A stretch of DNA of 64,000 nucleotides, taken from assembly GCA_019750915.1 (NCBI GenBank), contig JAIENY010000027.1, positions 584-64,583 of the forward strand, read 5' to 3'. The notes under the pieces are model-generated. The model was not told the origin of the DNA and did not search any database. It saw only the letters and a list, made by a program, of their open reading frames with translations. Made by a program: the position numbers and the translations under genes. Shown here piece by piece: positions 9,582 through 18,956 of this stretch. This stretch comes from Xanthobacteraceae bacterium. Lineage in GTDB: Bacteria > Pseudomonadota > Alphaproteobacteria > Rhizobiales > Xanthobacteraceae. The stretch's first letter is position 1, and every line of letters starts with the position of its first letter.

Positions 9582-10547
9582 TCAGAAGTTGAAGCCGATG
9601 CCGCCGAAACCGACGACGATGTCACGCTTCGCATCGGCATAGCTCGCCGCAACGCCGGTGTTGACCTGAGCCTGCAACAGGTAGTCGTTGATCAGGTGAT
9701 AGTACTGGAAGCCGCCGCGAACCGTCCAGTTGCCGAAGTTCTTCGGGATCCAGGTGACCGGGATGAACACGGTCAGACCGGTGGAGAACACGCCACCGTT
9801 GCTGGTGCCGCAGGGTGTCGAGATCGAACCGCAAGGCGTGGCCGACGAGGCAGTCCAGAAGTCCTTCGGACCAACGGAGACCCAAGTCGGAGCGACCAAG
9901 TAAAAGCCGTACTGCTTCTTCAGATCGAGGGTCGGGTTCGCACCGAACTCGACGTACCCGGAACTGACCTTACCCGTGGTCACGTTCGAGTCGCCCGAGA
10001 ACGTATACCAGCCGCGGACATAAGGCTTGATCGCGATCGGCAAGCCCCACGACGTATCGTCGTACGACAACGTTACACTCAGGTTGCGTTCAGTTTTGAA
10101 GTTGCCGGGAGGGCTCAAGAACTCAATGTACTGCGCGTCCAACAACCAGTTCTTGGCGAACCCGACCTGAGCGCCGACCCACCAGTCGAACTCGTTCCAA
10201 GAGCCAACGTTGGTGTTCTTCTGCTCGCTCCACAGGTCGTTCCAGACGCCGGTGTAGATGGTGAACTTATTGATGAAGCTGTTGTTGTTCTTGTACAGGT
10301 CAACCAGAAGACCCGTGGCAAGTTGCGAGGTCAGGCCTGTCTTCGTGACGTGCAGGCCACGGGGGGAGATGTAATCACCGCCGAAGCTGGCGTCGAAGAA
10401 GCCGTGAATATCAAGCGTTGGAGCCGGCGGTGGTGTCGGAGCCTTGTAAGCCAGATCAGCCGCCGACGCACTGCCGGCGACGGTCAGCGTTGAGAGAACA
10501 AAAGACGCGGCGACCAGGCCCCGTCTGAAAGAAATCGAAGTCATCAT
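9582..10547 (-). CDS. Outer-membrane beta-barrel protein, putative urea/amide porin
   Basis: Signal peptide, rhizobial ADL.YKAP motif, amphipathic aromatic strands, C-terminal GIGFNF; highly biased codon use. Confidence 0.75.
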   Translation of the reverse strand: MMTSISFRRGLVAASFVLSTLTVAGSASAADLAYKAPTPPPAPTLDIHGFFDASFGGDYISPRGLHVTKTGLTSQLATGLLVDLYKNNNSFINKFTIYTGVWNDLWSEQKNTNVGSWNEFDWWVGAQVGFAKNWLLDAQYIEFLSPPGNFKTERNLSVTLSYDDTSWGLPIAIKPYVRGWYTFSGDSNVTTGKVSSGYVEFGANPTLDLKKQYGFYLVAPTWVSVGPKDFWTASSATPCGSISTPCGTSNGGVFSTGLTVFIPVTWIPKNFGNWTVRGGFQYYHLINDYLLQAQVNTGVAASYADAKRDIVVGFGGIGFNF

Positions 10548-10679
10548 TAGACACCCCTAAGTTAAACTGAAGCTTGGGTGTCGAAGAACCCTTGCCTCAC
10601 CCCAGCAAGCTCGATCGAGCGCGCTACCTTTTCGCCCCTGGTGTTATTCCTGTTCGCCAGGTGCGGTGTTCCCAGATTC

Positions 10680-10694
10680 GCAATCTCTGTGCCA
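10680..10694 (-). promoter_or_regulatory. Sigma54 (-24/-12) promoter of the beta-barrel gene
   Basis: Minus strand TGGCAC-AGAGA-TTGC, an exact consensus match about 130 bp upstream of the start. Confidence 0.8.
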
Positions 10695-10864
10695 CGCCGT
10701 GTTGCGGAATTGTCACAATGAGAACGCATGTGGTTGTGCTTAAAAAGCGCTGTGCCGCAGCGATTTCGTGAATTATTCCATCGGATAAGCGCGGGTGAAA
10801 TCGATTACGTATACGTGGACTCCCAAACGTCTCTAAGGGTTGTGTGCATCATGTTCGCATCCGC

Positions 10865-10881
10865 TGCCCAAGTTTTTGGCG
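10865..10881. promoter_or_regulatory. Possible NtrC enhancer site
   Basis: TGCCC-AAGTTTT-TGGCG about 170 bp upstream of the sigma54 promoter; similar to 26589-26605. Confidence 0.4.
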
Positions 10882-11002
10882 GGAAAAGCGATGCGCTGGA
10901 GCGCTCGCTTTTTTACGGTGGCGCACCGATTAGTTGATCGCGGAGGTCTGATTGCAGGCGGCTGATTCGCGCACGATCCGGCGATTTGCGCCGGGCGACC
11001 CG

Positions 11003-11926
11003 TCAACTGCTCTTGTTGCGTGTCGCGTTCGCGGCAACGGCGGCTGCGGCCGTTCGATTTTCTACACCGAGTTTCGAATAGATCTGTTCGAGGTGCTTAT
11101 CGACAGTGCGGGGGCTGAGCCCCAGAATTTGGGCGATATCGCGGTTCGTCTTGCCCTTGCTGAGCCAGGACAGCACCTCACCCTCACGGCTTGTGAGACC
11201 AAGTTGTTTGCTGAAGTCATCGATCGATTCGGAAGTCGTATCGCGGGCCAGGCGCAGCAGGAATTCGTCGGTCTCAAGGCGGCCGATATAGTGAACCCTC
11301 AGCTTGTCGCTTTGAGCAAGTGGGGCGCTCGGCGGAGCCTTCAAATTGCTCGTGTCCCGGAAAGCTTCTCCAAGCCAGTCCAGCCAGGGAGCCGGCAGTT
11401 CGATTTTCCCGGCGCTTTCGAACGACGCGAGCAATTTCTGAGCCTGCGGCGTTGCCCAAATGGTCTTCCCGGTATGATCGACCGCGAAGAGGTACCGGCC
11501 GGAGGCATCCAGCGCCGCGCGTGCACTTCTCGTCAGCCTGGCATTGGTCAGGTGAACCCTGATACGGGCCAGCATCTCGGCGATGACAATGGGCTTTGCG
11601 ACATAGTCGACGCCGCCTGCCTCCAGTCCACGCACGATGTGTTCGGTTTCTGCCAGCCCTGTCATGAAGATAACGGGCACATCCACCATTCTGGCGTTCC
11701 GCTTCAGGCGGACACAGGTATCGAAACCATCCATGCCTGGCATGATCGCATCCAGCAGGATGATATCGGGCGTCACCTGCTCGACCACGCGAAGCGCAGA
11801 GGCACCATCAAGCGCTACCATGACGGCCATGCCGGCGCCGTCCAGCGCATCGGTCAGCATGCGCAGGGCTTCCGGGGAGTCGTCGACGATCAGTGCAAGA
11901 TCGCGTTTTTTTGAATCAGACGTCAT
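11003..11926 (-). CDS. Response regulator with REC and LuxR-type HTH domains
   Basis: LIVDD...LLDAIMPGMDG; GLTSREGEVL..GKTNRDIAQILGLSPRTVDKHL. Confidence 0.93.
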   Translation of the reverse strand: MTSDSKKRDLALIVDDSPEALRMLTDALDGAGMAVMVALDGASALRVVEQVTPDIILLDAIMPGMDGFDTCVRLKRNARMVDVPVIFMTGLAETEHIVRGLEAGGVDYVAKPIVIAEMLARIRVHLTNARLTRSARAALDASGRYLFAVDHTGKTIWATPQAQKLLASFESAGKIELPAPWLDWLGEAFRDTSNLKAPPSAPLAQSDKLRVHYIGRLETDEFLLRLARDTTSESIDDFSKQLGLTSREGEVLSWLSKGKTNRDIAQILGLSPRTVDKHLEQIYSKLGVENRTAAAAVAANATRNKSS

Positions 11927-14900
11927 GATGCTGAAGGGCGCTCAAGGTCGCCATGTAGCCGCTGAGATCGAAGCGCTCGATCAATGAGCGCATTTGAGTG
12001 ACAAAGGCTGAATGTTCGGGATGGTCGTTTTGCAGTTCATCTAATTTTGAATGAATAGCAGTGACGTAACCGATTTGGCCAAGATTAATCAACTCGGTTA
12101 CGTATTGCGCGGGCGGGGCTTCGTCTTCGTCGGCGTTCCAGCTCACGGTTGATACTTCTTCAGCCGGGGCCTCGCGGGGATCGTGGATCCATTCCAACTT
12201 CAGCAGCTGGCCAATTAATTCCAGCAACCGCGGCACGTCGACCGGCTTCATCAGGTGTCCATCATGAAACGGTTGCGCCAGCGCCGCGCCTTGGGTTTCA
12301 AGAGCGCTCGCGGAAACCATCAGGATACGCGCATGGTGATGGCCGCTGCCGCGCAATTTCTTCGCGAGCGACCAGCCGTCGAGCGGGGTCATCGAGATAT
12401 CGAGAAGAAACAGATCCGGCTGACAGTGCCGTGCGAGGTCGAGACAGGTTTCTCCGTCCGGCGCGCTCAAGACGATGAACCCGAGCGGAGCGAGAATCTG
12501 TCTCGTCAGCTCGCGATGAATCGGATCGTCGTCGGTGATGATCACCGTGCGCCGCGCTCCGCGATAACCATAAACCGGCGCGCTGATGGCTTTGAGCCGC
12601 CGCGGATTGGTGACTTCCGACAACAGCATCTTGACCAGGAACGTCGATCCCTGACCGACGGAACTGGTGACTTTGATGTCGCCGCCCATGACCCCGGCCA
12701 GAAGTTTGCAGATGGTCAGGCCGAGCCCCGTGCCGGTCTGCGGTTGGGTCACGCCAAGTACCCCGCGCTCAAACGGAGCAAAAATCCGCTCCAGATCCTC
12801 GTGCCGAATTCCGGGGCCGGTATCGCGGATTTCAAATTCGGCGACCGGGCTGCGATAGTGCACGTTGAAGGCGACGCTGCCCGATTGGGTAAACTTGATG
12901 GCGTTGGACAGCAGGTTGATCAGAATTTGCCGCAGCCGCTTCTCATCGGTGTGCACGATCTTGGGGAGTGTGTGCGGCCGCTGATGAGTGAAGTCGATGT
13001 TTTTCGCCGCCGCCTGAAGGCGAAACATCTCGATTAACTGATCGAGAAAGGAATGGAGGTGGACTTCATCCTGCGACAAGTGGAGACGTCCCGCCTCGAT
13101 CTTGGAGATGTCGAGCAGGCCATCGATCAACCCGGAGAGATGGTCGGCGCTTCTGCGGACGACGCGGATCTGTTCAAGCGGCTTGGGCTGCAACGAGGTA
13201 TCGTGTTCCAGCAACTGAGCGTAGCCGCTGATCGAATTCAACGGGGAGCGCAGTTCGTGGCTGAGGCCCACAACATAACGGCTTTTGGCCAGGTTGGCGG
13301 ACTCCGCCGCCTCCTTGGCGCGCTGCAATTCACGGTCGGTCTGCTGGTGGGCTTCGATTTCCTGGATCAGCAGGGTTGTCTGCCGGCGCGTTTCGGCCTC
13401 GGCGGCCTGTTGGCTTTGGCGCGCCAGAACGAACAGCCAGGCCGCCACGCCGATGATGATGGAAAGCGCGAAAAATGCCTTCCACAGAACGTCGGCGAGC
13501 TGAGCGTTCTCAGAGCCTATGGCGGTCGGGGTCTGAAGATAGATCAGGCCGAGCGTAAGGCCGACAAGCCCGGCCGATATGGTGAATACGCCGAGATAGA
13601 GCCCGAGCTGCGAGTTCGCAAACCGGTCGTTGAGCGCCTTGGGCAGCACCTTGCCGAGGACGCCTGAAATTTGTTCGCTCATTCTCGCATGTGGTTTGCA
13701 CAGATCATGGCAGCGCGCGTCTAACGAGCAGCACAGCGAACAAATGGGACCGGAGTAGGCCGGACATGACGCCATATCCTCCGGTTCGAAGGCATGCTCG
13801 CAGATACAGCACTTGATTGACGCGGTCGCCTGCCAGCTTCGCTTCGGTTTGCGCGCGATGTAATATTTGCCGTCGGTAAGGTATGCGATGATCGGTGCGG
13901 ATACGAAGGCGACCGTCAGCGCGACGAAAGGAGACAATGCCTTCACGAGCGGCCCGAAGACGTCGTAGAACGCGCACAGCGACAGGATCGTCGCAATCAG
14001 CATGGAGCCGACGCCGACCGGATTGATGTCGTAGAGATGCGCTCGTTTGAACTCCATGTGCGGGGGACTAAGGCCCAGCGGCTTGTTGACCACCAGATCC
14101 GACACCAGTGCGCCGACCCAGGCGATGGCGACGTTCGAGTAAAGCGCAAGTGTCTGCTCCAGCGCCTTGTAGACGCCGATTTCCATTAAAAGCAGCGCCA
14201 CCAGCACGTTGAATACCAGCCAGACAACACGACCTGGGTGACTGTGAGTCAGCCGTGAGAAGAAATTCGACCATGCGATCGAGCCGGCGTAGGCGTTCGT
14301 CACGTTGATTTTCAACTGCGACACCACGACAAAAACGCCGGTCAGCGCCAGAGCGAATTCTGGCCGGGCGAAAACATATTTGAACGCCTCGAAATACATG
14401 TGAGCCGGCTCACCGGCGTATTCGCGTGAAATGCCGTGTTGGAGCGCGAAAAACGCAAGGAACGAACCTGCGAACAGTTTGACGGCGCCCGGCACCACCC
14501 ATCCGGGACCCGCGCAGACCAATGCGACCCACCAGGCCCGGTTCGAGGTGGTGCGGTTGCGCGGAAGGAACCGCAGATAGTCCACCTGCTCACCGATTTG
14601 CGCCACCAGCGAAAAAATGACGGAAGAGGCTGCGCCAAACAGCAGGATACTGAAATTCCCGGATGGATCACCGTGATCCCCGCTGAATGAGGTCCATTCA
14701 GAAAACGCTTTCGGGTTTTTGATCGCGATCGCGGCGAACGGGATGATGTTGAGAAGAATCCAGAACGGCTGGGTCCATAACTGAAACCGGCTGATCAATG
14801 TAATGCCGTAGGTCACCAGCGGAATGATCACGATCGCACAGATCAGGTAGCCGACCGCCTGCGGAATTCCGAAGCAAAGCTGCAACGCCATGGCCAGAAT

Positions 14901-15305
14901 GACGGCCTCGATGGCGAAGAAGATGAAGGTGAATGTGGCATAGATCAGCGAAGTGATCGTCGATCCGATATAGCCGAAACCGGCGCCGCGGGTCAGCAGA
15001 TCGATGTCGACCCCGTATTTCGCCGCGTAGAACGCGATCGGAAGTCCGCAGCAGAAAATCAGCGTGCAGACAACAAAGATCGCCGCTGTGGCGTTGGTGA
15101 CGCCGTAGTTGATAGTGATGGTTCCACCGATCGCCTCGAGTGCGAGAAACGAGGTGGCGCCCAGTGCCGTGTTCGCCACACGCGATGCAGACCAGCGCCG
15201 CGCGCTTTTCGCGGTGAAACGAAGCGCGTAATCTTCCAGCGTCTGGTTCGCAACCCACTGATTATACTGTCGTCTTACGCGGTCTATTCGTTGCCGACCC
15301 GCCAC
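11916..15305 (-). CDS. Hybrid sensor histidine kinase with N-terminal multi-TM permease-like (NCS1-like) domain, Cys-rich linker, HisKA, HATPase and REC
   Basis: GTG start at 15305 after AGGAG; about 13 hydrophobic segments; SHELRSPL, NLLSNAIKFT, DTGPGI, GTGLGL, LLDISM. Confidence 0.92.
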   Translation of the reverse strand: MAGRQRIDRVRRQYNQWVANQTLEDYALRFTAKSARRWSASRVANTALGATSFLALEAIGGTITINYGVTNATAAIFVVCTLIFCCGLPIAFYAAKYGVDIDLLTRGAGFGYIGSTITSLIYATFTFIFFAIEAVILAMALQLCFGIPQAVGYLICAIVIIPLVTYGITLISRFQLWTQPFWILLNIIPFAAIAIKNPKAFSEWTSFSGDHGDPSGNFSILLFGAASSVIFSLVAQIGEQVDYLRFLPRNRTTSNRAWWVALVCAGPGWVVPGAVKLFAGSFLAFFALQHGISREYAGEPAHMYFEAFKYVFARPEFALALTGVFVVVSQLKINVTNAYAGSIAWSNFFSRLTHSHPGRVVWLVFNVLVALLLMEIGVYKALEQTLALYSNVAIAWVGALVSDLVVNKPLGLSPPHMEFKRAHLYDINPVGVGSMLIATILSLCAFYDVFGPLVKALSPFVALTVAFVSAPIIAYLTDGKYYIARKPKRSWQATASIKCCICEHAFEPEDMASCPAYSGPICSLCCSLDARCHDLCKPHARMSEQISGVLGKVLPKALNDRFANSQLGLYLGVFTISAGLVGLTLGLIYLQTPTAIGSENAQLADVLWKAFFALSIIIGVAAWLFVLARQSQQAAEAETRRQTTLLIQEIEAHQQTDRELQRAKEAAESANLAKSRYVVGLSHELRSPLNSISGYAQLLEHDTSLQPKPLEQIRVVRRSADHLSGLIDGLLDISKIEAGRLHLSQDEVHLHSFLDQLIEMFRLQAAAKNIDFTHQRPHTLPKIVHTDEKRLRQILINLLSNAIKFTQSGSVAFNVHYRSPVAEFEIRDTGPGIRHEDLERIFAPFERGVLGVTQPQTGTGLGLTICKLLAGVMGGDIKVTSSVGQGSTFLVKMLLSEVTNPRRLKAISAPVYGYRGARRTVIITDDDPIHRELTRQILAPLGFIVLSAPDGETCLDLARHCQPDLFLLDISMTPLDGWSLAKKLRGSGHHHARILMVSASALETQGAALAQPFHDGHLMKPVDVPRLLELIGQLLKLEWIHDPREAPAEEVSTVSWNADEDEAPPAQYVTELINLGQIGYVTAIHSKLDELQNDHPEHSAFVTQMRSLIERFDLSGYMATLSALQHHDV

Positions 15306-15364
15306 AATTGCTCCTGAGCCAACTTCAGAAAATGCCAAGGTTTTCAGGTCTTTCGACCGTATGT

Positions 15365-15401
15365 CGCGATTTTGCGGCGCAGTATACGCGATCTTGCGTA
15401 T
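15365..15401. promoter_or_regulatory. Tandem operator-like motif between the kinase gene and urtA
   Basis: CGCGATTTTGCG (15365) and CGCGATCTTGCG (15387) are 22 bp apart; the second lies in the palindrome ATACGC-N6-GCGTAT (15384-15401). Confidence 0.55.
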
Positions 15402-15471
15402 CGGTGCATCGCACAAACTCCGCAATCCTTCTGATCGGAAAGTGTGCGTTTCCTTAACCGAGAAGGGTGTC

Positions 15472-16737
15472 ATGTCAGAGGAAAAAAATAGGGGCCTTCA
15501 GTCTCCATTCCGCCGGAAAGTACTCGTGGGAATGGCAGCAACGCCTGCCATCTCGCTTATGTCCAGCCCGTCCTTCGCGGCCGGGCCGCCGACGTCAGCC
15601 GTCAATACGACTGGCTTGGCGGTGACGGACACCGAAGTCACTGTTGGTATCCTTCACTCGGCGACCGGCACCATGGCGATCTCGGAGACGGGGTCGATCG
15701 AAGCCGAAAAGCTCGCCATCCAGCAGATCAACGACGCGGGCGGCATTCTCGGTCGCCAGATCAAGATCATCCAGGAAGACGGTGCGAGCGACTGGCCGAC
15801 CTTCGCCGAAAAGGCCAAGAAGCTTCTGGTCAACGACAAGGTCGCGGCGATCTTCGGCTGCTGGACCTCGGCTTCGCGCAAGGCGGTGCTGCCGGTTCTC
15901 GAGCAATACAATGGCATGCTTTATTATCCGACCTTTTATGAAGGTCTGGAACAGTCGAAGAACGTGATCTACACCGGCCAGGAAGCCACGCAGCAGATTC
16001 TGGCCAGCCTCGACTGGGTCAACAAGACCAAGAATGCCAAGACCTTCTTCATGATCGGTTCGGATTACATCTGGCCGCGCACGTCAAACAAGATTGCCCG
16101 CAAGCACATCGAGGGTCATCTTGAGGGTTGTAAGGTCGTCGGTGAAGAGTACTTCCCGCTCGGCTCCACCCAGTTCAACTCGGTCATCAACAAGATCAAG
16201 TTGACCAAGCCGGACGTGATCTGGATGGACGTCGTCGGTGGTTCGAACGTTGCTTTCTATAAGCAGCTCAAGGCTTCCGGTATCGACCTCAGCAAGCAGT
16301 TGTTGCTGACGATCTCAGTGACTGAGGACGAAATCGACGGTATCGGCGGCGAGAACATCGCAGGTGCCTATGCCTGCATGAAGTACTTCCAGTCGCTGAA
16401 GAACCCAAACAACGAAGCGTTCGTTGCCGCATTCCACAAGATGTGGGGCGACAAGACCGTGATCGGTGACGTGACCCAGGCGGCCTATCTTGGTCCGCAC
16501 CTGTGGAAGCTGACCGCTGAGAAATGTCAGTCGTTTGACGTCGACAAGATTGCGGCGGCATCGGGCGGTGTCGAGTTCAAGGGCGCGCCGGAAGGTTACG
16601 TCCGGATCCACGATACCAACCATCACCTTTGGAGCCGCACCCGCATCGGCAAGGCTCGCCTCGATGGTCAGTTCGACGTGGTTTACGAGACGCCGGAGCT
16701 TATCGAGCCAAATCCGTTCCCGAAGGGCTACCAATAA
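15472..16737 (+). CDS. urtA: Urea/short-chain amide ABC transporter substrate-binding protein
   Basis: Tat-like RRKVL signal; VGILHSATGTMAISE, EDGASDWPTFAEKA, GCWTSASRKAVLP, YEGLEQS. Confidence 0.95.
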   Translation: MSEEKNRGLQSPFRRKVLVGMAATPAISLMSSPSFAAGPPTSAVNTTGLAVTDTEVTVGILHSATGTMAISETGSIEAEKLAIQQINDAGGILGRQIKIIQEDGASDWPTFAEKAKKLLVNDKVAAIFGCWTSASRKAVLPVLEQYNGMLYYPTFYEGLEQSKNVIYTGQEATQQILASLDWVNKTKNAKTFFMIGSDYIWPRTSNKIARKHIEGHLEGCKVVGEEYFPLGSTQFNSVINKIKLTKPDVIWMDVVGGSNVAFYKQLKASGIDLSKQLLLTISVTEDEIDGIGGENIAGAYACMKYFQSLKNPNNEAFVAAFHKMWGDKTVIGDVTQAAYLGPHLWKLTAEKCQSFDVDKIAAASGGVEFKGAPEGYVRIHDTNHHLWSRTRIGKARLDGQFDVVYETPELIEPNPFPKGYQ

Positions 16738-16797
16738 TAGCGTTGTCGTCGCGTTACGGGACGAACTCCCTGGCGTGAATTAAATCGCGCTCATTAT

Positions 16798-16830
16798 CTC
16801 CCGCGCCGCGCATAGCGTGCGGCGCGGGAG
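16798..16830 (+). other. GC-rich intercistronic stem-loop after urtA (possible mRNA stabiliser)
   Basis: CTCCCGCGCCGC...GCGGCGCGGGAG with no strong U tract. Confidence 0.55.
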
Positions 16831-16855
16831 TCCTTTCCCGACAGAGGACAGATCA

Positions 16856-17782
16856 ATGTTTGGCGGATATTCGTTTGGTGAGCTCGGTTCGATTTTCGCG
16901 ATGCAGGGCTTCGCGGGACTGATCCTATTTTCCGTGTACGTGCTGATGGCACTCGGGCTTGCGATCATTTTCGGCCAGATGGGCGTGATCAACATGGCTC
17001 ATGGCGAGTTCATGATCCTCGGCGCTTACATGACCTGGCTGACATCGAATTTCTTCAAGGCGTATCTCCCATCGTTATTCGGCGGCTATTTCTTTCTCGC
17101 CATGATCCTCGCCTTCATCGCGTCAGGGGCGCTGGGAATGGTCGTCGAGTGGCTTCTGATACGCCGTTTATACAAGCGGCCGCTCGATACGCTGCTCGCC
17201 ACCTGGGGCTTGAGCCTGATCCTGCAGCAGGCCTATCGTTCGATTTTCGGTGCTCGTGAAGTCGGCGTCGATGTTCCGGACTGGATGCTGGGTTCGCTGC
17301 CGCTGACTGACGCGATTCAGGTGCAGATCAACGGCATCTTCGTCATTTGTCTGACTTTCGTCGTGACCCTCGTCGTTGCGTATCTGCTGTACTGGTCGCG
17401 CTTCGGCAGACAGGTTCGCGCCGTGGTGCAGAACCGTGTCATGGCTGGCGCAGTGGGCATCGATACCGAGAAGGTTGACCGCTATACCTTTGGTCTGGGT
17501 TGCGGTATCGCCGGTATCGCCGGCAGCGCCTTCACGATGATTGGCTCCACCGGTCCGACCTCCGGCCAGCTCTATATCGTCGACACCTTTCTTGTCGTGG
17601 TGTTCGGCGGCGCGGCCAGTCTGCTTGGCACGATCGCATCCGCCTTCACGATTTCGCAGACGCAATCCACGCTGGAATTCTTCCTCTCCGGATCGATGGC
17701 GAAGGTCATCACGTTGCTGACGGTGGTCGGGATTCTGATGCTGCGCCCGCAAGGACTGTTTGCCCTCAAGGTCCGAAAGTGA
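16856..17782 (+). CDS. urtB: Urea ABC transporter permease
   Basis: GLAIIFGQMGVINMAHGEF, LLATWGLSL; position in operon. Confidence 0.93.
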   Translation: MFGGYSFGELGSIFAMQGFAGLILFSVYVLMALGLAIIFGQMGVINMAHGEFMILGAYMTWLTSNFFKAYLPSLFGGYFFLAMILAFIASGALGMVVEWLLIRRLYKRPLDTLLATWGLSLILQQAYRSIFGAREVGVDVPDWMLGSLPLTDAIQVQINGIFVICLTFVVTLVVAYLLYWSRFGRQVRAVVQNRVMAGAVGIDTEKVDRYTFGLGCGIAGIAGSAFTMIGSTGPTSGQLYIVDTFLVVVFGGAASLLGTIASAFTISQTQSTLEFFLSGSMAKVITLLTVVGILMLRPQGLFALKVRK

Positions 17783-17795
17783 AAAGGCCACGACA

Positions 17796-18947
17796 ATGAC
17801 CTCCAAAGTCAACGACAACCCTCGCTTTGCGACTCGCTCCGAGATCCTCGGCATCATCGTGCTGGCCTTGTTGCTCGTCGTCGTATTGCCGCTGACTGTC
17901 GATGTCTTCCGGCTCAACCTGGTCGCGAAGTACCTGACTTATTCGTTCGTGGCTTTGGGGCTTGTGATCTGTTGGGGGTACGGCGGAATTCTCAGCCTCG
18001 GGCAGGGCGTGTTCTTCGGCCTCGGCGGATATTGCATGGCGATGTTTCTCAAGCTCGAAGCCTCGAGCGTTGCGAACACCAAGATCCAGTCAACCCCCGG
18101 CATTCCGGACTTCATGGACTGGAATCAGATCACGGCTCTGCCTTGGCTCTGGCAACCTTTTCATAGCCTCACATTTACGGTCCTTGCGATCATCTTTGTG
18201 CCGGGCATTTTCGCGCTAATCATCGGCGCCGCGATGTTCAAACGCCGTGTCGGCGGCACCTACTTTGCGATCATCACCCAGGCGATTGCGGCGATCCTGA
18301 CGATCCTGATCGTTGGCCAGCAGGGCTACACCGGCGGTATCAACGGCATCACTGACCTTCGTACGTTGAAGGGATGGGATATTCGCCCCGACCACGCGAA
18401 GGTTATTTTGTATTTCTTTGAAGTCGGATGCCTGTTTGTTTGCATCTTCATCGCCCAGTTCATTCGTCACTCGAAACTCGGCCGTATTCTGGTGGCGATG
18501 CGTGAAAAAGAGGATCGCGTCCGGTTCTCGGGTTACAGCGTGGCGAACTTCAAGGTTTTCGCCTTCTGCGTCGCTTCGATATTCGCAGCGATCGGCGGAG
18601 CGATGTTTGTCTTGAATGTCGGTTTCATGTCGCCTTCCTTCGTCGGAATCGTGCCGTCGATCGAAATGGTGATCTACACCGCTGTCGGTGGTCGGCTTTC
18701 GATCCTTGGGGCGATCTACGGGGCCCTGCTTGTCAATTATGCCAAGACAAGCCTGTCCGAGTCCTTTCCAGAGCTTTGGCTTTTCGGTCTGGGTGCGCTG
18801 TTTATCGCGGTCGTGATGGCTTTTCCCAATGGTCTGGCGGGCCTCTGGAGCGATTATGTGCAGCCTTATGTCGATCGACTGATTTCCGGCCGCAAGCCGA
18901 AGTCCTGGAGCAACACGTCCGTTGCCGACAGCGCACCGGCAGAGTGA
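17796..18947 (+). CDS. urtC: Urea ABC transporter permease
   Basis: WGYGGILSLGQGVFFGLGGY, IPDFMDW, SIEMVIYTAVGGR. Confidence 0.93.
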   Translation: MTSKVNDNPRFATRSEILGIIVLALLLVVVLPLTVDVFRLNLVAKYLTYSFVALGLVICWGYGGILSLGQGVFFGLGGYCMAMFLKLEASSVANTKIQSTPGIPDFMDWNQITALPWLWQPFHSLTFTVLAIIFVPGIFALIIGAAMFKRRVGGTYFAIITQAIAAILTILIVGQQGYTGGINGITDLRTLKGWDIRPDHAKVILYFFEVGCLFVCIFIAQFIRHSKLGRILVAMREKEDRVRFSGYSVANFKVFAFCVASIFAAIGGAMFVLNVGFMSPSFVGIVPSIEMVIYTAVGGRLSILGAIYGALLVNYAKTSLSESFPELWLFGLGALFIAVVMAFPNGLAGLWSDYVQPYVDRLISGRKPKSWSNTSVADSAPAE

Positions 18948-18956
18948 GGGGAAATC

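Noticed and set aside
15306-15471. Overlapping N-terminal extensions of the kinase and UrtA in the ORF track
   Set aside because: Better starts with SD-like sequences lie at 15305 (GTG) and 15472 (ATG); the interval is a divergent promoter.
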